A stretch of 64,000 nt of DNA from Candidatus Izemoplasmatales bacterium. GTDB lineage: Bacteria > Bacillota_I > Bacilli_A > Izemoplasmatales > Hujiaoplasmataceae. The notes under the pieces were generated by a model that saw only the letters and a program-made list of their open reading frames with translations, was not told the origin of the DNA and ran no database searches. The stretch spans positions 768,001-832,000 of the forward strand of contig JBMNEZ010000001.1 of NCBI GenBank assembly GCA_050949045.1. The letters are read 5' to 3'. Within the stretch, counting starts at the first letter, position 1. The number at the start of each line of letters is the position of its first letter. The position numbers were made by a program, and so were the translations under genes. Below, piece by piece: positions 52,662 through 63,562 of this stretch.

Positions 52662-52904
52662 TTGTTACCTCCATTTTTATTAAGTTTTTATTTTGAAACT
52701 GCTCTTAATATTATTATACACTACCAATCGAGATGATGGCAACCTTAAACAGACATTATTTTTAAAAATAAAACATAGGCATAACATTTTTTACTTTACC
52801 GTTGTCAAACGGTGGATCAAAAGCGATCTTTCCGGAATAATATTGGCATAGATCGCAAATCAACGGGAAGGTTGTTGATGATCGGTTAATAATAAAATAA
52901 ACGG

Positions 52905-53591
52905 CTAATCATCGGGAATGTCTTGCTCGTAGAAACGGCGGTATTGCTGCCGGCGGAAATACGGTGTCTCCGGGACAAGGAAAAAACTGAGGATCAAACC
53001 AGCCAAGAAACCGCCAACATGGCCGAGGATGCTGATGCTTGGAAACGTGAATGTCAGGACAAAGTTGACGATGACAAGCGTCCTGATCGAGCGGATCGAT
53101 TGGGAGTTGAACCAAGCCCTTTTCTTGAACGTGATGAAAAACAAAGATGCCATAATACCGTAGAGAGCCCCGCTCGCGCCAACAGTCACGTTTGTCGGCG
53201 AACCAAAGACCTCTGCCAGAATGCCTTCTCCCTTGCCGGCAAAGAAAGTTATGACCGCCCCCCCTGCAAGACCCGAAACAAGATAAAGTATGAAGTAATT
53301 CAGCGGCCCGAGCAATCTTTCCATCAAGATTCCAAGAATATAGAGAGCAACCATATTCATCACAAAATGAATAATGCTGCCATGTAAAAACATCGAAGTC
53401 AGAATCCTGAGAAACTCGCCGTCATCGATGACATATTTTGGAACCAGAGCGCCAAGACGGACCAGATTGACGACACTGAAGCCGCCGGTCGCAATCGTTA
53501 GGATGAACATCGCAATGTTAAGCAATAACAGCCCGGCGCTGACGGGGCTGTCGCGGAATATTTTTTTGATTTCCTGAACTAAATTCGGCAT
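52905..53591 (-). CDS. Rhomboid intramembrane serine protease
   Basis: FLHGSIIH, GASGA, GHVGG. Confidence 0.92.
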   Translation of the reverse strand: MPNLVQEIKKIFRDSPVSAGLLLLNIAMFILTIATGGFSVVNLVRLGALVPKYVIDDGEFLRILTSMFLHGSIIHFVMNMVALYILGILMERLLGPLNYFILYLVSGLAGGAVITFFAGKGEGILAEVFGSPTNVTVGASGALYGIMASLFFITFKKRAWFNSQSIRSIRTLVIVNFVLTFTFPSISILGHVGGFLAGLILSFFLVPETPYFRRQQYRRFYEQDIPDD

Positions 53592-53635
53592 CGTAATCTC
53601 CTTACTCGTAATTTGATATAGACTGATAATCCCAG

Positions 53636-54424
53636 TCAATCTTCCAGCATTTCCAGAATGGAATGAACGCCGCTGACGACAAATGTCGGCTGAAAATCTG
53701 ATAACTCAAGATCTTGAACCGTGGTTTCTCCGCTGAGGACCAACACGGTATCGATTCCGGCGTTGATTCCGCACTTGATATCGGTATACAGCCTGTCTCC
53801 GACAAGAACAGTCTCTTCTTTCAGCACGCCGAAACGGTTGATGATCATCTCGATGATGTCTGGTTCCGGCTTCCCGAGAAATCGGGGTCTCCTTTTTGTC
53901 GCATTTTCCAGCATGACGGCGAACGACCCGCAATCGGGCACAAAACCGAACTCAACCGGACAGACAAGGTCGGGATTGGTCGCCAGATAGATTTTGCCTT
54001 GGGTAAGCAGCCTCGAAACATCGATCAGTTTCTGGTAGACGAGTTCAGTGTCATAACCGATGACGACGCCATCGATGTCATCTTGATATCGGTCGACCAC
54101 TAGTAGACCTGATTCGCGCAATTCCGCCTTCATCGAAGCCGTTCCCATTACATAAAACCTGGCATCGGGGTAACTTTCCCTGATATGGATGATCAATGCC
54201 TGTGTCGAGGTCGCCACATTGTCGATTTCGCAAGGTATACCCAACCTTTGGATTTTGTGGAGATAGTCAATGGTTGAAATTGAGGAATTGTTGGTAAAGA
54301 ATACATATTCCCCGCTATTTTTCCTGATCCTCTCGAGCAGTTCGAGCGCTCCCGGAAACAAGACGCCGTCGAGATAGATTGTGCCATCAAGATCAAAAAT
54401 AAATAACTTCTTGCTTCTCAGCAT
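53636..54424 (-). CDS. HAD-IIA (NagD-like) phosphatase
   Basis: FDLDGTIY, TNNSS, GKPEP, VGDRLYTDI. Confidence 0.92.
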   Translation of the reverse strand: MLRSKKLFIFDLDGTIYLDGVLFPGALELLERIRKNSGEYVFFTNNSSISTIDYLHKIQRLGIPCEIDNVATSTQALIIHIRESYPDARFYVMGTASMKAELRESGLLVVDRYQDDIDGVVIGYDTELVYQKLIDVSRLLTQGKIYLATNPDLVCPVEFGFVPDCGSFAVMLENATKRRPRFLGKPEPDIIEMIINRFGVLKEETVLVGDRLYTDIKCGINAGIDTVLVLSGETTVQDLELSDFQPTFVVSGVHSILEMLED

Positions 54425-54509
54425 CGTAACACCTGCGGTTTTTTCCATCCATAAATACCTCATCTGATTAAAAGAATTATAACACAGAGCAGAATGCAAA
54501 CTGAATCAA

Positions 54510-55895
54510 TTAGTGATGACGAATGACTTCAAATTTTTTGATCTCATAATCATCTTCGGGAGAAATATTGCCTTTCCTGAGCGCGATCCTTAATTGTTCT
54601 TCGACAGTGTCCACGCCTTCAAGATTCGGAAGAAGCAGACCGCTTCTACCTTTGAAACGAACGATGATGCCATATCTTTTCGGATCCAGCTCGGCAAGAG
54701 AGGATACCGGTTGTGCCGGGCGCAAAACATCAACCGAATAGACGATCCGGTCCAGTTCATCCTCTCTGACAGGTTCGAAACGAGAATCCCTAAAGCCGGC
54801 ACTGACCGCATTTTGAATTATTTCATCCGCTAGTGAAACTGTGGTCGGACTGACTGTACCGATGCAGCCGCGTAGGCGGCCGTCAAGTTTTAAGGATACA
54901 AACACTCCGGCCTTTTCTTCAAGCAACTCGGGGCTCAGCCCCGCTGGCATTGGCAGATGGCGACGGTTTTTGGCATAGTATTCCAAAGAAGAGCGAGCGA
55001 GGCGGACAAGTTCGCCTTCGGCGCTCCTGGTCTTCTCGGCTTCCTTTTTCAACCTCAAAGTCTCAAGATCCCCAAAGCACCTAGAAGAGTCGTCGCCGGT
55101 GACATCGAAAGACGCGACCGCGTATCCGACGCCGAATGGCCCCTCATAGCTGAGCAACTCTGATGCGACCGCTTTTCGATCGAGCGCGCCGGCCATCATT
55201 GCGATTGATCGGAGTCCGCACTCGGCAGCTTTGAAGGCAAACGCGTCGTCCAATTCAAACAACCGCTCAAAAGCACCTGATGCGAGTATTTCGGTGATTT
55301 TCTCGTCAAAAGCAGGGCCTTCCGGGGCAAACCCGTAGGGACCGGTCAGTTTGAGTTTGTGCGACAAATCGCCGCTGGCAATGAAGACGACTCTTTTCCC
55401 GGACAAGGTTACAGCCTTATCAATCGCCTCGCCCAAATGGTAATGATCGAGCAGTGAGAGACCGGATAAAGAGACTCTGACCACCTTGGTTTTCCCAAGG
55501 ATGTCGCGAATGAAATAGAGCGGGACTAAAATCCCATGATCGAGGCTTTTGTCTCTTTCGCCTTCTGTCCCGGCCATGATTCCCGCTTCTTTGGCAATGT
55601 CGGTAATCAGCCTGACGAGTTCATAATCATAATTAACTGCTAGTTCGATCTGGGGACAGCCAAACCGCCCGAAATCTCCCTTCGCCGTCTTTCCCGGGGA
55701 GATGTGGTTATAGTTCTGATACAACACAGAATGGGGGGACGCTATCACGACCGTATCCGGTTCAATAAGCGTGATGCGTCTGCCGATTTCTTTGTATGCC
55801 TCAACTGTTTTCTCGATTTTTCTCAGATCGTTCCTGCCGATATCCGGAATAATCAGCGGCGGATGCGGAACAACGAAAGCAGATAGGATTCCCAT
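54510..55895 (-). CDS. amrA: AmmeMemoRadiSam protein A (LigB/Memo-like + AMMECR1 fusion)
   Basis: PHPPLIIP, DHG, ASGDLSH, YEGPFGVGY; GVFVSL...LRGCIGT, GLLLPNL. Confidence 0.9.
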   Translation of the reverse strand: MGILSAFVVPHPPLIIPDIGRNDLRKIEKTVEAYKEIGRRITLIEPDTVVIASPHSVLYQNYNHISPGKTAKGDFGRFGCPQIELAVNYDYELVRLITDIAKEAGIMAGTEGERDKSLDHGILVPLYFIRDILGKTKVVRVSLSGLSLLDHYHLGEAIDKAVTLSGKRVVFIASGDLSHKLKLTGPYGFAPEGPAFDEKITEILASGAFERLFELDDAFAFKAAECGLRSIAMMAGALDRKAVASELLSYEGPFGVGYAVASFDVTGDDSSRCFGDLETLRLKKEAEKTRSAEGELVRLARSSLEYYAKNRRHLPMPAGLSPELLEEKAGVFVSLKLDGRLRGCIGTVSPTTVSLADEIIQNAVSAGFRDSRFEPVREDELDRIVYSVDVLRPAQPVSSLAELDPKRYGIIVRFKGRSGLLLPNLEGVDTVEEQLRIALRKGNISPEDDYEIKKFEVIRHH

Positions 55896-55919
55896 AATAC
55901 TCCTCCTTTAAAAAAGTAA

Positions 55920-56795
55920 TCAAACATTTCCAAGATAAATATGGTTCAACCCGGCCTCATGACCGATCTTTTTCGCTTTCAAGAGCGTTTCATAGGGAGT
56001 CGGTTCCTTGTCCGACATTTTCCACCCGGGGAAAAAGCGGCTGAGGTGCCAGGGCACTTCGGGACTGAGTTTTCTGCTGATGAACTCGGCGATTGATGAT
56101 AGTTCAGCCACGCTATCATTGACACCCGGTATAATAAGCGTTGTAATCTCGAGGTGGACTTTGCCCCTATGAAGTTGAATAAGATTTCGCATTACTGATT
56201 CAGCGTCGCCGCCACAAAATCGCTTATAAACTCTCTCAGTCGAACCTTTGAGATCGACATTCGCCGCATCGAGATAGGGCATCACCGCCGTCAAAGCCTC
56301 GGGCGTCATGAAGCCGTTGGTGACCCAGATGTTTTTAAGCCCTTTGGCACGAGCCAAGACCATAATATCAATGGCGTACTCGATGAAAATCGTCGGCTCG
56401 GAATAAGTGTAGGATAGCGAAGGGCAATCATGCTTGATGGCATTTTCGACATGTTCTGAAGGCTCGATCAGCGTCCCGGATGTTTCCTTAGGATGCATGA
56501 TCGGCCTTTGCGAAAGTTGCCAGTTCTGGCACCATTTGCAATGGAGATTACAGCCAGCAGTTGCCAGTGAATAGGTTTTGGTCCCGCTCATAAAATGATA
56601 AAGCGGCTTCTTTTCTATCGGGTCAACTCCGATAGCGGCCGTCATTCCGTAATTCAATGCAAACAGCGTACCTTGGCGATTTTCCCTTACTCCGCAAATA
56701 CCGGTTTTCCCCGGTTTGATCGTGCATCGGTGATTACACACCATGCACCTTACAAAATCGTCTTCAAGACGTTCGTAAAGCATTGCTTCTTTCAT
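55920..56795 (-). CDS. amrS: AmmeMemoRadiSam radical SAM enzyme
   Basis: DPIEKKPLYHF, CNLHCKWCQN, YTYSEP, HIYLGNV. Confidence 0.93.
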   Translation of the reverse strand: MKEAMLYERLEDDFVRCMVCNHRCTIKPGKTGICGVRENRQGTLFALNYGMTAAIGVDPIEKKPLYHFMSGTKTYSLATAGCNLHCKWCQNWQLSQRPIMHPKETSGTLIEPSEHVENAIKHDCPSLSYTYSEPTIFIEYAIDIMVLARAKGLKNIWVTNGFMTPEALTAVMPYLDAANVDLKGSTERVYKRFCGGDAESVMRNLIQLHRGKVHLEITTLIIPGVNDSVAELSSIAEFISRKLSPEVPWHLSRFFPGWKMSDKEPTPYETLLKAKKIGHEAGLNHIYLGNV

Positions 56796-56842
56796 GAATG
56801 ATCACATCCATTGATTATCCTTGGTCTCTCAAATAGCTGCCG

Positions 56843-57121
56843 TCAGGCGAAGTGAGTATAGAAGACAAACAGCGACGCATACACTGACATGATGACAAAG
56901 ATTAAAAGAATAATTGAGTAGACTGATTTGAAACGGGATTGCTCGGAAAAATGAAGATAATAGCCAATTGAGAACGGTAATAAGATAATGACGAGTTTTT
57001 CCCTGATTGATGCTTTACTCTTCAGTGCCGCAGTTATGCGGAGAGCGGTCAACACGATTGGCGCAGCGATCAGGACTATCCAGATAGTAATGATGCTGGA
57101 AGCAACGAAAAAATCAACCAT
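56843..57121 (-). CDS. Small hypothetical membrane protein
   Basis: Three hydrophobic segments; GGAGG RBS. Confidence 0.6.
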   Translation of the reverse strand: MVDFFVASSIITIWIVLIAAPIVLTALRITAALKSKASIREKLVIILLPFSIGYYLHFSEQSRFKSVYSIILLIFVIMSVYASLFVFYTHFA

Positions 57122-57259
57122 GGATTTTCCCTCCCACCAGAGTGTAGACAAAACCAAGTGCCGGCAAGGCAAACACAAACAAGATGTTTGTCAGCCAGAA
57201 TAACAAGACGCTGATCATCAATGCATGCAAAGTTACGATCAGCCTGTCTTTGGTTTTCA

Positions 57260-58222
57260 TCAATCCACCCCGCTCTCAAGCAGGATTTCGGTAGAAATCT
57301 TGTAATCTGCATCGATTTCAATCATACGACCGCCTTTTTCAAGATATCCGTATCCATTGTAACCGCTGGCCCTTCCATAACCTAAAATAACACCTTCCAA
57401 AGTGAAATGAAAGTCGCTGAGATGATCATGCCCAACAAAGACGGCTTTGGTTTTACCGATTTCAGTGATGGCTGCGAAGATGCCGGTGTCTATCCCCTGA
57501 GCGCAGACTTTTCCTTCTTTGTAAACTCCAATATAATCGAGATTCGGATCGGTTTCGATCAGTTTATACTGGCGAATGGGGATATGCATGAACATTATTG
57601 ACGGGGTTGTATCAGTTTGGCTGTGGCCTTGGTACCATTCGACCTGAGCTGTGCTTAAAAAGCCGTATTCGCCCTCTTCTTCGGAATATTCCTCTCTTTC
57701 CTGGTGGGAGTCGAGAAAATAGGCCTTGTAGAAAGGGGCGCCCTCTTTCATGAACTCAATCATGAAATTGCCCGCACCGCCATCAACCATCTTTGGACCG
57801 ACCTTAAAAACCAGATACTTTGTATCTTCAATCAGGGTCAGATAGTCCTCATAGAGATGATAGTCGGTTTCATGATTCCCAAAGATGAAAGTCCACGGTG
57901 TTTTCAATTCTTCCATTACTTTGATTAACTTTTTAAACAAGATTGGACCGAGGGGCGACATTGTCATATCCCCGGTGATGACAACCAGATCCCAGTCGTC
58001 TTTTTTAACCAGTTTCCTGATCAATGAATAAGTGCTGCGGTCATTGGCATCGATCCCGTATGTAAGATGCAGATCAGTAAGTTGAAGGATCTTAAGAGAA
58101 TCACCCCGCACCTCTACCTGCATTGGGGTGTCGGAAGAGTAAATTAAAACAGCCGGCTTTGAACAGGCAATAAACAGAAAAGGCAAAAACAAATAGAGAA
58201 ACAGAGCGATTTTTTTCAACAT
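57260..58222 (-). CDS. Metallophosphoesterase lipoprotein (Dcr2-like)
   Basis: Lipobox FIAC; DLH, TGD, GNHE, GHDH. Confidence 0.88.
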   Translation of the reverse strand: MLKKIALFLYLFLPFLFIACSKPAVLIYSSDTPMQVEVRGDSLKILQLTDLHLTYGIDANDRSTYSLIRKLVKKDDWDLVVITGDMTMSPLGPILFKKLIKVMEELKTPWTFIFGNHETDYHLYEDYLTLIEDTKYLVFKVGPKMVDGGAGNFMIEFMKEGAPFYKAYFLDSHQEREEYSEEEGEYGFLSTAQVEWYQGHSQTDTTPSIMFMHIPIRQYKLIETDPNLDYIGVYKEGKVCAQGIDTGIFAAITEIGKTKAVFVGHDHLSDFHFTLEGVILGYGRASGYNGYGYLEKGGRMIEIDADYKISTEILLESGVD

Positions 58223-58441
58223 ATCTCCTTTGAAACATTATTCTTCTTGTTAGTTTTATTCTACCACATCCAGCTTCCTTTTGGGGGTTAAAACCAAACT
58301 TATTGCCAGATGCGAAAAAGATAAGATTATCAACTGGTGCGGATTGACCCTAACTGGCATTTATTAAAAAAGATGTTAATAAACACTGTTCATTTTGTGT
58401 CTACTAACATCTTATCACTTCAGAGTGAGGAACTTATTCTT

Positions 58442-59554
58442 TTACAATTTGTTTTTAATCCATTCTTCCATAAAACCAAGAAGTTCGTTGTAGGATGGGC
58501 TTTTTGCGTTTCTGACATAGTAACCGCTCGTAGACATCCCTACCAGTAAAGCCTCATTAGGCTCAAGGCCGAGAAGAAGTCCGAGAACGAATCCGGCATT
58601 GAAATTGTCACCGGCGCCGGTGGTCAATTTCGGTTTTTTGGTGTAAGGGCCGATTTCTTCAAAGTAATTGTTTTGAATAATACAAGAGGACCGATCGACG
58701 GGATGGATGACGACGGCATCAATGTTAAGATAGTCATAGAGCATCCGGTTGACTTCCTGCAGAGTTGAATCTCGGGTCGCTCCAAGGCCAAGGAGTTCGG
58801 CGATGTCGTAAGCTTCTTTCTTGTTCAGACCGAGGATGACGAAAAAGTGTTGCCTGAAGGAATTCAATACCGCGAGAGCGGCTTTAATCTCCTCGAGTTT
58901 TCGCTTTTCGGGATCGGCCAAATCGACAAAAAAGATTGGTCTATCTTTCTTTGGCTTAAGAAGCGGCAAAATCTCATTCACCAGTCTCTGCCAGATATCA
59001 GTCATATTCGTGATCATCGACCAGTTCACCGAAGCGAACAAGTCGGCTTCCTCAAGCAAATCGACAAGCCGTTCCTTTTCGACGTTTTCAAGAAGTTTGT
59101 CGAAGGTGATATCCGTCAGCGACGCGGTCTTGCCAAGCAGGAGCTTGCCATCATCGAACTCGAGAGCGTCCGTGTGGCCGCTGTTCGCAAGAGTGATCAG
59201 GGCTGCGTGTTCCTGGAGCTCCGCATAGACCTCGTCGATCGTCGGCTTGCCGAGAGCGCCGATGTAGGTCAACTTGGGATTGTGCTTGGCGAGAGCGTTG
59301 GCCATGATCGGTCCGTTGCCTCCGATCTTTTTGGTGACCGGTACGAGTTCGATGTTCGTTGACAACCCGCTGGCGCGCTCGATTCTTTTTGCCAGGGCGC
59401 TGATCGTCTCGATTCTGGTATAGTTCTTACTGTCGAGACGCTTGTCGACGACATGGACGATCTCGTCGATGAAACCGTCGAAGCCAACCAAGAGATTCAG
59501 TTTTTTGGGGTCTTTCTGTTTCAGTTTTCTGATGACGTTCAGTCGTTTGTCCAT
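58442..59554 (-). CDS. PfkB-family carbohydrate kinase
   Basis: GGNGPIMA; TTGAGDNFNAGF. Confidence 0.85.
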   Translation of the reverse strand: MDKRLNVIRKLKQKDPKKLNLLVGFDGFIDEIVHVVDKRLDSKNYTRIETISALAKRIERASGLSTNIELVPVTKKIGGNGPIMANALAKHNPKLTYIGALGKPTIDEVYAELQEHAALITLANSGHTDALEFDDGKLLLGKTASLTDITFDKLLENVEKERLVDLLEEADLFASVNWSMITNMTDIWQRLVNEILPLLKPKKDRPIFFVDLADPEKRKLEEIKAALAVLNSFRQHFFVILGLNKKEAYDIAELLGLGATRDSTLQEVNRMLYDYLNIDAVVIHPVDRSSCIIQNNYFEEIGPYTKKPKLTTGAGDNFNAGFVLGLLLGLEPNEALLVGMSTSGYYVRNAKSPSYNELLGFMEEWIKNKL

Positions 59555-59940
59555 ATGGTTGCCTCTAACTTCCTTTATTGATTGTTTTTTACCTCTTATT
59601 AAGTATACCAAATTCTGAAGAGATATTCATCATTATCTGAAATCAAACGGTTTTGTTTTGAATATTTGGCTTCTATGCTTGGACAAGCAAATAATTGGAT
59701 GCCTTTTTTGGTATTGTGTTTTAGTATACCCTACTGGCTGACGAACACCTCAAATCGCGGTTCAGTGAGATGTTCAAGCAGTTATATTTCCGAAGCGCGA
59801 TCAGTCTCGCTGCCGATTCAAGAACACTCTACAAAATTGAGCATTGCTTTGTCACAAAACAAACACAGTTATGATATAATGGTTAACAGTTATTTTTTGG
59901 TCATTGTTTATCATTGCATCCGGATTGGAGTTGGTTTTTT

Positions 59941-60825
59941 TTGGGCAAGAAGGCGTTATTGATTTTGAATCCCTTGGCAGGCCGCAAGCGCGGCGAGAAA
60001 CTTATAAACAAGATCATCCGGATCTTCACCGACCACGGCTATGAGGTCCTTTTGAAAATCACTGCTTTTCATGGTCAAGCCGTCGACTTGTGCCAGCACT
60101 GTGTTCACGAGGCGGATATCGTCGTCCCGATCGGTGGCGATGGCACCTTGAATCAAGTCATCCAAGGAATGATGAATGCCAATATCTTCAAGCCGATTGG
60201 CTTCATCCCCGCAGGGAGCTCAAATGTCTTCAGCGGCAATCTTGGATTGCCCAAACAGATTCTAAGGGCTGCCGTCAATGTGGTCGAGGGTTCCGCCATT
60301 CCTCTCGATATCGGATTTCTCAACGACAGGTGCTTCTCATTTATTACCTCATTCGGCGCCTTCTCAAACACTTCTTACTTAACGCCGCAGAAACAAAAAA
60401 ATAAATGGGGTCAGCTTGCCTATGTTTTTCAGGCACTCAAAGACCTGCCCTCAATCAAACCGATTCATGCCAAGGTCATAACCGATGAATATGTGTTTGA
60501 GGACGATTTTATCTTCGGATCATTCACAAATTCGCTGACTGTGGCCGGAATCGTCAGACTCGATCATTCTCGAGTCGATCTCGCCGATGGCAAAATGGAG
60601 ATCCTCCTGATCAAATATCCCAAGAATGCCGTCGAGCTAAGTCGGACGCTGACCGCTCTCAGAAAGAAAGAGTACGACCCCAGAATCATCCGCTTTCATT
60701 CAACTGCCAACGCTACCGTTTTCACTCCCAAGGGTACCGAGTGGTCAATCGACGGTGAGTGTGCCGCTTGGTCTGAGCCGATGACGATTACTATCAAACA
60801 AAAACTGATTAACTTCATAGGATAA
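59941..60825 (+). CDS. Diacylglycerol/lipid kinase family (YegS-like)
   Basis: NPLAG, GGDGTL, PAGSSN, IDGE. Confidence 0.88.
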   Translation: MGKKALLILNPLAGRKRGEKLINKIIRIFTDHGYEVLLKITAFHGQAVDLCQHCVHEADIVVPIGGDGTLNQVIQGMMNANIFKPIGFIPAGSSNVFSGNLGLPKQILRAAVNVVEGSAIPLDIGFLNDRCFSFITSFGAFSNTSYLTPQKQKNKWGQLAYVFQALKDLPSIKPIHAKVITDEYVFEDDFIFGSFTNSLTVAGIVRLDHSRVDLADGKMEILLIKYPKNAVELSRTLTALRKKEYDPRIIRFHSTANATVFTPKGTEWSIDGECAAWSEPMTITIKQKLINFIG

Positions 60826-60843
60826 CAAAAAACATGAAAATTC

Positions 60844-61332
60844 TCATGTTTTTTTCTGTTGTAACAACCTTTGGATGTCTTGACTGATTTTTTCCGGCTT
60901 GGTGGTCGGCCCGTAACGCTTGACGACCCTTCCCTTCCGGTCAACGAGAAACTTGGTGAAATTCCATTTGATTTTTGATGAAAAGAAGCCCTTGTGCTTT
61001 GCCTTCAAAAACGTATATAAAGGCGATTCGTTCGGACCGTTGACATCAATCTTGGCAAACTGAGGGAAAGTAATCCCAAAGTTGGAAAAACTGAAATCGA
61101 AGATTTCTTCCGAAGTCCCTGGAGCTTGCCCGGCAAACTGGTTGCACGGAAAATCAAGTATTTCAAAACCACTCGCATTAAGTTTCCAATACAAATCCTG
61201 AAGGCCTACATACTGTGGTGTAAAGATGCAATCGGTAGCCGTGTTGACAATCAACAGAACCATTCCCCGGTAAATCGACAAAGAGACATCCTTTTCGTGT
61301 CGATCTTTCACCGTAATGTCATAGATTTCCAT
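60844..61332 (-). CDS. Glutathione peroxidase-family protein
   Basis: VNTATDC, FPCNQF, KWNFTKFL. Confidence 0.93.
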   Translation of the reverse strand: MEIYDITVKDRHEKDVSLSIYRGMVLLIVNTATDCIFTPQYVGLQDLYWKLNASGFEILDFPCNQFAGQAPGTSEEIFDFSFSNFGITFPQFAKIDVNGPNESPLYTFLKAKHKGFFSSKIKWNFTKFLVDRKGRVVKRYGPTTKPEKISQDIQRLLQQKKT

Positions 61333-61445
61333 TTTGGAATATCCTCCTGATCATTAATAGGCGAATATATTTTTGCATATTTCAATCAAAAATGCAAGGC
61401 ACTGTCAATTATTGGCCTTTCCGTCAAACACATTCTCATCGGCAA

Positions 61446-62351
61446 TCAAGGCGCTTCAATGTTTCTTGCGAACCTAACCGTCCCATAGACGCCTATCAGA
61501 ATCAAGGCACTGCCGAGATAGTGATAGTATTCAAGCTGTTCTCGAAGAATCAGCGCTCCCGCTCCGATCGTCACGATCGTTGACAGATTGGCATAGATAC
61601 TCGAGACATGCGCAGGCAGTCTGCCAAGGGAGTAATTGACTAAGAAAAAACCTCCGACCGAAGCTATCAAGCCCAAATATAAAAGCGGCAAAATCAGTTC
61701 GGCGTGCCTTAAAGCCAGCAAATAATCGCCAATCCTGTCTTCGACAAGAAGTTGGATCAGGTAGATTAAGTTGAAAGTGACCGCACCCAAAAACATCATC
61801 ACATAGGTGACCTCAAAAGGCGTCGATATGCCCGCTGCCTTGCGGGAGACAATGTTGAAGCAGGCAGCCGACAAAACAGCCAGCAACAAAAAAACAAAAC
61901 CCCAGCCGCTCCCCGTAATTCCCCCGCTGCTTTTCAAGGCTTGGGTCATAATGATTCCCGCCACGCTGACCAGGATGAATACAACCTGCAAAGGCGTAGG
62001 CTTTTCTTTTGAAACCAGAGCGCCGAGCAAGGCGACAAAAATGGGGATGGCCGCGGTCACCATCGCCGCTTCGGAGCTAGTAGTCAGGCTCAACCCAAAG
62101 GTTTCGAACAGAAAATAAAGGATCGGCTGAAAGATGGCAACCAACGACAAGCGCCCAAATTTTTGCTTGGACAATTTAATCTTGATGACGCCCGTCAGTC
62201 TCAAAAACTCAAAGCCCAGAAAAGCGATCAGAAAACGATAAGAAAGCAAGCCGAGCGGGGTCAAATATTGAAGCGCAGTCTTCGAAAACATGAATGACAA
62301 GCCAAAAATGACCGCGAAACCAACGCCCGCCAGATGGGCTCTTCTATCCAC
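61446..62351 (-). CDS. DMT/EamA-family transporter
   Basis: 10 hydrophobic segments, IFGLSFMFSK, duplicated EamA pattern. Confidence 0.9.
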   Translation of the reverse strand: MDRRAHLAGVGFAVIFGLSFMFSKTALQYLTPLGLLSYRFLIAFLGFEFLRLTGVIKIKLSKQKFGRLSLVAIFQPILYFLFETFGLSLTTSSEAAMVTAAIPIFVALLGALVSKEKPTPLQVVFILVSVAGIIMTQALKSSGGITGSGWGFVFLLLAVLSAACFNIVSRKAAGISTPFEVTYVMMFLGAVTFNLIYLIQLLVEDRIGDYLLALRHAELILPLLYLGLIASVGGFFLVNYSLGRLPAHVSSIYANLSTIVTIGAGALILREQLEYYHYLGSALILIGVYGTVRFARNIEAP

Positions 62352-62503
62352 AAGACCAGCCTCCTCGCCTACAAGTATGATACTATCAAACTCAGGTTTA
62401 ATATGCAATCAAAGTCGCAAATTTCAATACTGCCTGAAACATTGTGTCATCATTCAAAACATGATAAATAATTTCCGAAACAGAAGACTCCGGTTTTTTG
62501 TTT

Positions 62504-62531
62504 TTTACATTGTTTTTACATTAAGTTTACC
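62504..62531 (+). promoter_or_regulatory. Pho-box-like direct repeats
   Basis: TTTACA/TTTACA/TTTACC at 62504, 62515, 62526 (11-bp period) upstream of pstS, matching the Bacillota PhoP TT(A/T/C)ACA pattern. Confidence 0.7.
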
Positions 62532-62627
62532 TTTTAATGGTTTTTGTAAACTGGAAAATTAGTTATTATTAACTTGAAATCAAATAGAAGGAGGAAATAT
62601 ACCTCAGGGAAGGTATATGAAAAGAAA

Positions 62628-63548
62628 ATGAAGAAAGTTTTTTTAGCGTTTACGATTTTATTATCAGGATTGCTGGTAGCTTGTCAACAAACATCTGATT
62701 GGGATTCAACGAATAAAATCACCGTTTATACAAGAGATACATCTAGCGGGACCAGAGCGGGATTCATGGCAGGCATCGATTTTAGCGAAGCCGCCGAAGA
62801 TGACAGTCTGCTCGTCAAAGGCTTTTTAATCAAAGACAATACGGGAATATTGACCTCCATGAAGACTGATGAATACGGAATAGGTTATATTTCTTTGGCA
62901 TCTTTAGACAATAAGGTAAAAGGGTTGAAGTTCAATGGGGTTGAGCCAACTGTCGCAAATGTTCTCAACGATACTTATGGATTGAAAAGACCATTCAACT
63001 ATATAATCAGAGCCATGAATGACTATAAAACAACAACAGAAAAAGAAATTGTTTTAGCTTTCGTTGCCTTTCTACATACTACCGATGCCGCAGACATTAT
63101 CACAAACCAAGGAGCCATCCCCCTCGCTTCAACACAATCTTGGGATGACATCAAAGGCCAACACAGCGTTTGTACACAAGATAATAGTTCAGTGACCATA
63201 AAATTCGGCGGTTCAGATTCAATACAAAGAATAGCCACGGCATTGACCTCATCATTCGCGGCTAAGTGTGGTAACTTTGTCCCTGAACACGATCACACAG
63301 GCTCATCCGACGCTTTCAAAAGAACTCAAGGTTCAGAAAAAGACGGGGACAATTACAAACATGTTGGCTTTGCGTCCAGACTTTTTAGAGATAATGAAGG
63401 AGGAGCGCCTGGTACACAAGGTCAGTTAGCTTGGGATGCTATCGTTGCTATTGTTCATCTTAATAATGAAGTTTCTGATGTTACTGGAGAAGACTTAAAA
63501 AAGATCTATCGCGGCGACTATACAACTTGGGACCAATTATTAGGATAA
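62628..63548 (+). CDS. pstS: Phosphate ABC transporter substrate-binding lipoprotein (circularly permuted)
   Basis: Lipobox LVAC; RDTSSGTR, IGYIS, RPF, GSDS, GFASR, DAIVAIVH; followed by pstC. Confidence 0.88.
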   Translation: MKKVFLAFTILLSGLLVACQQTSDWDSTNKITVYTRDTSSGTRAGFMAGIDFSEAAEDDSLLVKGFLIKDNTGILTSMKTDEYGIGYISLASLDNKVKGLKFNGVEPTVANVLNDTYGLKRPFNYIIRAMNDYKTTTEKEIVLAFVAFLHTTDAADIITNQGAIPLASTQSWDDIKGQHSVCTQDNSSVTIKFGGSDSIQRIATALTSSFAAKCGNFVPEHDHTGSSDAFKRTQGSEKDGDNYKHVGFASRLFRDNEGGAPGTQGQLAWDAIVAIVHLNNEVSDVTGEDLKKIYRGDYTTWDQLLG

Positions 63549-63562
63549 AAAGCATTACTCCC

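Noticed and set aside
52662..52904. Purine riboswitch upstream of nucleoside ABC operon
   Set aside because: Only a TTGCCA...TATAAT promoter and a short leader; no aptamer consensus visible
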